A stretch of 63,735 nt of DNA, the filler included, from Bigelowiella natans CCMP2755 (taxonomy: Eukaryota > Protista > Cercozoa): assembly GCA_000320545.1 (NCBI GenBank). It is 8 parts of 8 records of this genome, joined end to end, with 100 filler letters (N's around TTAATTAATTAA, not from the genome) between each part and the next. Parts side by side here need not be neighbours in the genome. Positions count along the whole stretch, not along the records: positions 51,595 to 55,263 come from ADNK01001961.1; positions 55,364 to 56,659 come from ADNK01002950.1; positions 56,760 to 60,728 come from ADNK01000265.1; positions 60,829 to 62,400 come from ADNK01003666.1; positions 62,501 to 63,735 come from ADNK01003726.1; 3 more parts are not named here. One strand, written 5' to 3'. The translations under genes and the position numbers were made by a program. Positions 55,178 through 63,735 of this stretch are shown here, in pieces (the stretch's first letter is position 1; every line of letters begins with the position of its first letter). The notes beneath the pieces are model-generated. The model was not told the origin of the DNA and made no database searches. It worked only from the letters and a program-made list of their open reading frames with translations.

Positions 55178-55263
55178 TCATCGCCAGAATAGGCGTGCAA
55201 CAATAAATTCATTCGTCGTCTATTTCCTCTTTGTGTGTGTGTGTGTGTGTGTGTGTGTAGTGT

Positions 55264-55363
55264 NNNNNNNNNNNNNNNNNNNNNNNNNNNNNNNNNNNNN
55301 NNNNNNNTTAATTAATTAANNNNNNNNNNNNNNNNNNNNNNNNNNNNNNNNNNNNNNNNNNNN
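55264..55363. other. Artificial contig linker
   Basis: Same 100-nt spacer. Confidence 0.97.
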
Positions 55364-56659
55364 GAGAGGGATACTTTCGCTGCGTGGTGTTGTTAAAGAT
55401 GTGGATTCACTCAGACCAACACGTGGCTCTTTTAATTGTATAGTTTTATCGAGGTGTGCTCGGATTTCTTGCCACCCCTTTGTTGGGTTGCTGCTGCTTA
55501 CTTAAGCTATCGTTCCTTTGCCTTTCTCCCTCTTTTTCTTTCTCTCTCTCCCTCCCCCCCCCCCCCCTTTCTGTGCGTGCATGCGTGCGTGCGTGTGCCT
55601 GCTCGTGTGCTCACCATCCTCACATAGCAACCCTTTTTTTTAATATCGTTTCGTATCGTATCACGCACATCTGCTCGCGACTGCAAGTAGCGGATGAAGT
55701 GGGCCCTCTCCTCATGATCCATCTTCGCTACGCGGTTCCGCAGCTTCTCGGATTTCACCTGTTTCACGATGCGGGGGGGGTGGGGGAAAGCAGAATGTGC
55801 TCGAATCAGCAGCAGCAGCACACAGCATCCATAGCTTCACGCGAAGTTGAGGCGGAGGCGAAAGGAAGTGTGGCACTTCGCGTGCGTGCGTGCGTGACTG
55901 TGTTATTCGAGGAAACTCATTGCCACGTTAGCTGCTTCTTCATTTTACCAATCTCGAGATTTTCTCTTCTGTTTCTAAGGAAAATGAAGAAGAAACACAG
56001 ACAAACAGTCGGCAACAACGCGTCTGAAAAGCAGATCGGTGGGGTGGTGGTGGTGGTGGTGATGGGTGACGACGGTTGCCGCAGTAGTAGAAGAGTAGTA
56101 GCAGTGGTATTAGTAGATAAGGACGCAGAGTAGTAGGCGCAGAAGGAGAAGGAGAAGGAGATAGGGTATATAGTAGATTGCGTTTGTAGGCAATATACAA
56201 TGTGTCGCCGTGTACGTGTACACACACACACACACAGCACAACGCAGCAAACATACGTTCTAACTCCTGTCGGTATCGCTCCTCCACGTAACTGGCAAGA
56301 TGGTGGTGAAGAAGGAGAATGAGGAGGAGGGAAAAGGAGAGATTATATTGGCGAGCAGCTTCCCGTCCGTTACAAATCGCAGATCTCTCTCTTTCGCATA
56401 CAGATGTGTCCGAATGAAATCGTCAAGATTCATGCACAATCAACCCCCCCCCCCCCCCCCCCACCCCTTCCCTCTGTATTCAAGTATGTATAATATATGT
56501 GCTTTTGGCCGTTTCGCACATTTGAATGGAGGATTCAAGGTGCTTCGACCGTGGATGGGATGGAAAAAATTGTCCCGATCTTCGTCGTCATCGTCGTCGT
56601 AATTGATATTTTTGTCGTCGTCTCCGTCATTGTTGTTGTTGTTGTTGGTCTCGTCATCT

Positions 56660-56759
56660 NNNNNNNNNNNNNNNNNNNNNNNNNNNNNNNNNNNNNNNNN
56701 NNNTTAATTAATTAANNNNNNNNNNNNNNNNNNNNNNNNNNNNNNNNNNNNNNNNNNNN
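56660..56759. other. Artificial contig linker
   Basis: Same 100-nt spacer. Confidence 0.97.
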
Positions 56760-57220
56760 TATCCTCCTTCCTCTCACGTCTTCCTCCTCATCCATCGTCC
56801 TCCATGGAGAGCATCTTCAATATACAGAGCACAGCGTTCTCCATCATGAAACCTAACACAGCCACGCACACACACACACACATACACACACAGGAGAGTA
56901 CCTGCCAACGGGGTCCTTCATGGTGCGAGGAAAACGCAACTTCGTGCTGCATGCTCCAATGCAGATGGCCTTTGCGCTGATGTTCCGTGTTGATAAGGAC
57001 AGTGAGAGGTGAGGGGCTAGGGAGAGTGTGTGGTGTTACAAGCGACGTCGTAGTAGGAGGACGAACAGCACGGGTAATAGCTTGCCGCGGTGTGTGTATG
57101 TGTGTTTGTGTGTGCGTCGCTATCATAGGTTTCATGCTGGAGAACGCCGTCCTCTGTATATTGAAGATGCTCTCCATGGAGACGATGGAGGAGGAGGAAG
57201 ACGTGAGAGGAAGGAGGATA
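56760..57220. repeat. Imperfect inverted repeat of about 115 bp (56760-56875 vs about 57105-57220)
   Basis: TATCCTCCTTCCTCTCACGTCTTCC...GAAACCTA is the reverse complement, with mismatches, of TAGGTTTC...GGAAGACGTGAGAGGAAGGAGGATA. Confidence 0.85.
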
Positions 57221-57788
57221 GACGGAGAAGAACAGCCGCGCAGGACAAAGATAATGATAGTAATAATAAACCACAAGGCAAACAACAAGAGGGAGAGCAG
57301 GTAGCAGCAGGAGCAGGAAAATCAACACAGGATGGAGGAGCACAACAAGCTATCATCGATAATAGCGGTGTTGGAAAGAAGGAGAAGAACAACAACAAAA
57401 ACAACAAGGCAACGGGAGCAGTCGCCGAGGAGCCCCATCATCGGGATGAGAAAGGCCAAGAGGAGGAGGAGGTAGAGGAGGGGGAGGAGGAGATCATGGA
57501 AGAGAGTGTAATTGGGGGTGCCTTAAAAACCAAGTTCCTTTCCTTTGCACCTCCAGCAAAAACGGAAGCTGATGACAACGAGGAGGGGGGGGAGGAGAAC
57601 GAGTATGATGAAGAAGAGAAGGAGGGTACTGGCCAGCCAAAAGACGAAGAAGGTTGATCAGCCTTCCCTCCCCCTATTGTCTCTCACTGATGCGTCGTTT
57701 GTCCTTTGATATAATCAACAGCGCCACGATGTGCTTTTTGTCATCATGGGTCATACACTGCTACTAACACTGCTACTGCTACTACTAT

Positions 57789-57819
<31 letters not shown>

Positions 57820-58041
57820 GCTTTCAGCAAACAACAACGGCACCAGCTACATCCCTAAACGCCATCTTTCCAAAGCCGAGCGCCGCCGGTCTGCTTATGC
57901 ATCACTTCATATGTTATTGTGTGGTTCTCCTCTCCTTCCATTTCGGTTTTTGTTTTCCGCCATATGGAGGGAGCACTATGGCCAATATTTTATTTTCACT
58001 CCGTACCCATATTATCCGCACTCCCATATCACGCATTTACG

Positions 58042-58080
<39 letters not shown>

Positions 58081-60183
58081 TGTGTGTGTGGAATCCACTG
58101 ACTTGTGAAGACTGAAGAAAAAAGGGCTGAGCAATGGTTTTATCAACGAAGAAAGCAACAATGATATTATCTCTGCTCATAAAATAAGAAGTAAGGCACA
58201 GGAACAGCACCAGCATGATGGTGATGGTGATGGTGATGAGGAGGAAACGAAGAGCAAGAAGAAGAAGAAGCAGAAGCAGAAGCAGGAGCAAAAGAAACCG
58301 CTTCCAAGAGGCAAAAGAACGAAAATGAAGCGAGTCAAGAAAAAGTAACAACTTATCCTCCGGTGTTGGTGGTGGTGGTGAAGCTTAATAATATTACTAT
58401 CATCATCATCATCACCATTAGTAGTATTAGTAGTAGTAGTGGTAGTAACAACAATGAGAACTACGATGGTTGAAAAGGTATGCTGACCAGGACGAAGAAG
58501 ACCTGGAGATCGCGACGAGACTTCTTGGTTGTCCTCCCTTTCTTTCACAGTTATCATGGTGTTATCTGCCGTTATTTCTCACATCATCGTCGTATGAAAG
58601 GTCTTCAACGCCCAAAGGCTAGTCCTGATACAGGCAGCAGTGGTCATAATGGCAATGAAGAAGAGAAGAAGGGGGATGGCATTTCTAGTAGTGAGAAGAA
58701 AAACCAACAGCAACATAGCAGCAGCAGCTATAGTAAAAGAAGGCCTAAGGTCATTCCTTTTCAAAAATTCTTTCATGTGTCGGTTTTCCATCTCGATGCT
58801 GCTCTCCTTCTTCTTCTTCTTCTTCTTCTTCTTCTTCTTCTCTGTTGTCCATGAGCTCAGCGTCATTGAATGAAATGGTATCATCACTAACTGTATGCAT
58901 TGTAGGAGGAGGACGATGAGGCTGTGGAGAAACAAACAGTTAAATCGACAAACCAATGAGATTGTTATAATTATGACCAATACTATAATCAGCATGATCA
59001 ACACATTCTTGTCAGTATTTTTTACCATAATTTCTTCACCATTCACCACGATTCCTTTTCTTCTTCTCCTTCTTTCACGTGATTGATAACTGCTTAACCA
59101 ACAACCCCCTCGCCCCCCCCACGGAAAAACAAAAGGTTGGAATTGAGGAGCTCGATTGCCTGACCGGCAAGCCTCTCCGCGAAAAACTCTCTGGAAACAA
59201 GAAGGACGACGGGGAAAGCAAAAATGACGATAAGAATGGGAGCGTAGGCAGCAATGTCCATCATGACGACGATGATGATGATGACAAAAAGGATGAGGAC
59301 TCGCCGCCCTATCGGTGGATGTTGCATTAAGCTGTTAATGATCATGACCATGATCATGATGTGAGAGAATGGTGGTGTGGGTGCGACGTGATGATAATTT
59401 TTTATCTGATGTCGATTTCTCTTCTTATACTCGTTCCTGCCCCCACCCCCGTCCCCCTTCATTAGGATCTTATACGCTGTGCCTGTTTGCGCACCTTTTG
59501 CTGCTGTGAGCGATTACAAATTCAAAGCAAAAGTTGTCCCTGGTAAGACAACGGCCACGACGACAGAGAATGCTGCCTTCGTGAACGATAAACTTCAATA
59601 TATAAAAACTGTTCCCCAATCATTGATTGATGAATATACCTATAACATAATGTAAGAGGTTGTGTGCAATTAAACCAGGTAAAATGAAAAAGGGAAAGGC
59701 CGTGAAGGCATGTATTGAGGTGGCATATATCCACCCTTGTTTATACCCCATCTCGTCTCCATTTACCACATTGGTCGACGTGAAACCATTTTCTGTGTCT
59801 ATCTAAGTGCTCTGCTCTGGTTCTTCATTTGCCTTTGATAGAGTTTCACTAGAATGCCCATCTGCACCGTCACCGAGAAGTCGATAATGAGAGGAATGGA
59901 CGAAAACAAGATGGTAGCAGTTATGATCTCAAATTCAAAGGTATACTGAGTGTGCTAGGATAAACGAAGAGCAACGCCTTGCATGCATCGTTCAGAGAAA
60001 AATGAAAAGGCATCATCATCACAGAAGATGCAATAATCTGCATGTATTTCCCTTTCGTGCTCACACCACATTACGCTTATCATGCGTCAGGTTGTACTTG
60101 TGGGACCTGGTTCGGGTAAAGGCGGTGGTGGTGGCCGAAGACATCATAAGGGGGGGAAGAAGAAGAAGAAGTCGCGGCGATAA
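56894..60183 (+). CDS. NEMF: Ribosome quality control factor NEMF/Rqc2, 3' half
   Basis: GEYLPTGSFMVRGKRNF; acidic linker; LPRGKRTKMKRVKKK|YADQDEED..LLG; LDCLTGKP; ILYAVPVCAPFAAVSDYKFKAKVVPG|KMKKGKA; stop at 60181-60183. Confidence 0.93.
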
Positions 60184-60456
60184 GCATACGAATAGCAGTC
60201 AACACACAGGACGGATGGTGTAACGCTATGCCTCAATATATGTGTAGACTGTTATGTATTGTCTCTTGACACGTACATACTAGCATACGGCATCAAAGCA
60301 TCGATGTGCAGCACGTTCCCATGCCACATGAATGTCATATATAGCCGTAAGAGAGGGAGAGGGAGAGAGAAAGAGAGAAAGAGAGAAAGAGAGCGCGCTG
60401 GCTAGCTGGAGAGGGAGTGGGGGGCTAGGAAGGGCTAGCTAGGGGGTTCATGTTCC

Positions 60457-60728
60457 TGTAGCGCGTACCACTACGCGGGCACAAGTCACGTGCGACAACA
60501 AAGGGGTTGTCGCGGATATAGAATATAGATAACGTAGATATTAATACAGCATAGGCACGTGGGTTCCGGCGGGACTCATGGCAGCACACCGGAAGTGTGC
60601 TGCCCCACGTGCGGCGGCATTCGCGAAAGCTTCGCGAATGATTACGCAGTGCACGATTTAATAAAAATATAATCTTTAATAAATAAACACAACTCTTCAA
60701 AAGGAGCAAACGTGCCTTTCCCCCCCCC
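60457..60728 (+). mobile_element. Second copy of the Copia LTR plus the start of the leader, cut by the contig end
   Basis: It matches 25738-26011 except for small indels in A-rich tracts and begins at the same TGTAGCGCG. Confidence 0.85.
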
Positions 60729-60828
60729 NNNNNNNNNNNNNNNNNNNNNNNNNNNNNNNNNNNNNNNNNNNNTTAATTAATTAANNNNNNNNNNNNNNNN
60801 NNNNNNNNNNNNNNNNNNNNNNNNNNNN
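60729..60828. other. Artificial contig linker
   Basis: Same 100-nt spacer. Confidence 0.97.
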
Positions 60829-60973
60829 CCCCACAAACCCTTCTCCCCGTGAAGAGTTACACCGACGGATGGAAAAACACAAAAGAGCTCAAAAATGGGG
60901 CTTTTCTCCCTCTCTCTCCCTCCTTCTTCCTCTTTTCAACACAGAGGGCGCGAGCGTTGTGAGGCTTTTCGGG

Positions 60974-61018
<45 letters not shown>

Positions 61019-61988
61019 AGCGACGAACCCCGATGTGCTCGATGAGGTTAATGAGGGCCGGTTTTTTGCACAACAACACCAGTTGCTGTTTTTAGAAATA
61101 CCATACGTGTATGAATATTATATCCCCCCCCCCCCCCCCCTCCCCCCTCGCTCTCAACTCGCTCTATGTTTTTGCATCATGGAACGCTGTTGTATATGTG
61201 CTGAAATAGGATGGACGGATTTCCTCACCATGCCATTCGCGACCCGCACAATTCTGGGGTTTTTTTTTTTTTTTAAAAAAAAAAAAACCCCCCCCCCTTT
61301 TGGGCCCCAAAAAAAAAAAAGGCCCAACCCCCAAACGGGCTGGGCCCCCCCCCCCCCCCTCAACGAGTCATTCAAACGCTCACGAGGGCAAAGGGGGGAG
61401 GGCCGAGCTCATTCTGGCTATGGCTCTGTTGATTTGTGTGCGCCATAGCAGCAGCGTGACTTACTTGATTCGAAGATGAAAGATACAGCACAGACCTGGT
61501 GATGCACAAGCACCACAACATATTAGCCATCTTATCGATCGATATACACATACACACACATAGCCAGAACGTAGGAGGACCAATCGAGGATGGTTCTTTG
61601 GATGCTGCTGCTGCTGCTGCTGCTACTGCTACTCAAATACAACGAACAAGCACACGCAAAGGAAAAGCAAAGCAAAGGCGACGGCAGAGCTCACAAACAC
61701 TCACTTCTTAGATATTCCAACATCGCTCGGGGAATCCCCTGTTCGATAGAAGATGAACCTAAAAACCCACACAAATTGTTATATTTCTTCACCACAACTC
61801 TTACATTTCTTACGATGTTAAGGAGTACTGTCCGAAGTAATATGTAGTTAAACACACGCACGACCAGCACCACCAGCACGACGCAGAGGACGAGAAATCA
61901 CATCATACAGAGATGTACCCGAGACAAAGCGCGATGATGACGCTTTGCATGATGAAGCCAAACGCCTTCAAAGCACATCAAGAATAGA

Positions 61989-62067
<79 letters not shown>

Positions 62068-62361
62068 TGTTGAGGTCGATTCACCAATCGGAGGATAAAG
62101 AAAACACATCATAAATAAATCCAGTAGCTTCTATCATCACATGTGCTTCTAACAGGCGCTGTTTCTCTATGGCGGCCTTCGTATGAGACACTCTGCCATC
62201 TATTGTTATCGTCGTCACCGCCTACACAATCTTCGTAATTCCCCCTCCTGCCGCTATTTTGCGGTGATAATATACGTATTTTGACGGGAGGGGGGGGGGG
62301 GGGGTTCAAGCAAGATACCGTAGATTTATTGCGCCAGGTCATTAGTGCCTATAATGTGTTA

Positions 62362-62400
<39 letters not shown>

Positions 62401-62500
62401 NNNNNNNNNNNNNNNNNNNNNNNNNNNNNNNNNNNNNNNNNNNNTTAATTAATTAANNNNNNNNNNNNNNNNNNNNNNNNNNNNNNNNNNNNNNNNNNNN
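62401..62500. other. Artificial contig linker
   Basis: Same 100-nt spacer. Confidence 0.97.
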
Positions 62501-63296
62501 ACCAATCCTTCATATGTCCACTTCCACGCCGGCAATCGATGCTTACCGTGCCGAAACCCAGGTTCGTGGAATGCATCATCGTTCTATGTATCCATTGTCT
62601 AATCTTCTTCGAATTTAGTTGTAGCCACAGGATTCATCCTCCTCCTCCATCCTATTCAGTTCTCTTTCCTGCATCCCTGTAGCCATATTGTGGGCTTTAG
62701 TCACTATAAAGTCGTCCATGACGATTGATCTCTCATTCAAGAATGCTTGTTACACATGTGCGCGGCACACAAATACACGATGTGCCATGTGACATTTTTG
62801 AGTTTGAGTTAGAGAGAGAGAGAGAGAGCGAGCGAGAGTTACAGAGAGACTCGGAGAGAGCCGCAGTAGTTAATAGTAGTAGTATTAGTAGTTGTAGTAG
62901 ATGACCAATCGCAAATTGCATCAGCTACAATGTAGTTCGTCTTCTTCTTCTTCTAATTCATCTTCTTGTTTTGACAGTTGGATATTTTGCAGAAAGGCTC
63001 AAAGCGGTGGCAGTAGCAGTAGCAGTAGCAGTAGGGGTAGTGAGTGGTAGTTTCAACGTTAAAATCAAGGGCACCAACGCCACCACCAACAACAACAACA
63101 ACGACAATAATGACAAATACAACGACAATTGTCCATCCTGTTATTGGAGGTTTCCCAACTGCCCAGGCACCGTTTAGTGAGGGGTGTCGTCGCTTGGTAT
63201 GCTGTTTCGTGGATGGGGGGGGGGTAGAGGGAGGGGGGGAAGGGCAATGATATATGTGATGTATACTTTGTGTGTGTGTGTGTGTGTGTGTGTGTG

Positions 63297-63333
<37 letters not shown>

Positions 63334-63572
63334 CATCCTCTCCATCCCTTTGGTGTAAGATAGCTAGAAGCAGCAGTAACTGCACAAACAGCCATAATCT
63401 ATTCTCATCACGGTCTCCAATATTACCACCACCATCATCACCATCATCTTCATCATCATCATCATCATCTGTTTCATCTTCTCCCTCTCCCCCCTTTCGC
63501 TTTCCTATTCTGTCGTCATTATCATCATCGTCATCATCATCATCATCGTCATCATCATCATCGTCATCATCG

Positions 63573-63603
<31 letters not shown>

Positions 63604-63702
63604 CTTCTCATCTTATCTCACAACCCTTTGAGGGGGTCTCCATAGCTCTCCTGCTCCGAGGTAGAGCTGCTCACGTCGCTGCCATACGACACACGGCGCA
63701 AT

Positions 63703-63735
<33 letters not shown>

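Larger units (their letters stand above)
1..63735. repeat. Pervasive intronic microsatellites and homopolymers: (CA)n, (TA)n, (GA)n, (TAG)n, (GAT)n, (GAA)n, (CAG)n, poly-C/G
   Basis: Directly visible, often compound, with most arrays about 25-45 nt. Confidence 0.98.

Noticed and set aside
55364-56659. Probable minus-strand exons (e.g. VKSEKLRNRVAKMDHEERAHFIRYL)
   Set aside because: Likely coding, but I could establish no family or reliable splice chain on this 1.3-kb contig.
61021-61110. EGRFFAQQHQLLFLE resembling the Rab-type G5 region
   Set aside because: No other GTPase motifs were found, and the contig looks homopolymer-corrupted at 61250-61360.
62501-63735. Possible exons in the last contig
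   Set aside because: Too fragmentary and repeat-rich to assign a strand or product.

Overview
Eukaryotic nuclear DNA from an intron-dense, microsatellite-rich microbial eukaryote. A complex-plastid alga or other SAR protist, possibly a chlorarachniophyte, is a guess only. The window is eight contigs joined by artificial 100-nt linkers (N44-TTAATTAATTAA-N44), so adjacency across a linker means nothing. Most of the ORF track is microsatellite noise, so genes were rebuilt by hand-splicing GT/GC-AG exons. Recognisable genes or fragments: RH47-type DEAD-box helicase, ATG16-like WD40 end, CinA/FAD-synthase-like end, SIRT4-type sirtuin, Nup98-type FG/GLEBS nucleoporin, a large TM-C2-PH protein, ALG3, a signal-peptide GBP-family GTPase and NEMF/Rqc2. 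There are also two 5' ends of one Ty1/Copia LTR family. The standout is a gene of about 45 exons and roughly 1,800 aa (hand estimate) at 5107-17156. It splices into pseudokinase - ankyrin - Roc GTPase - COR - CHAT (caspase-like, His/Cys retained) - STAND NTPase. This is a DAPK-like Roco protein fused to a protease plus NLR-type ATPase, and a candidate single-chain innate-immunity or cell-death machine.
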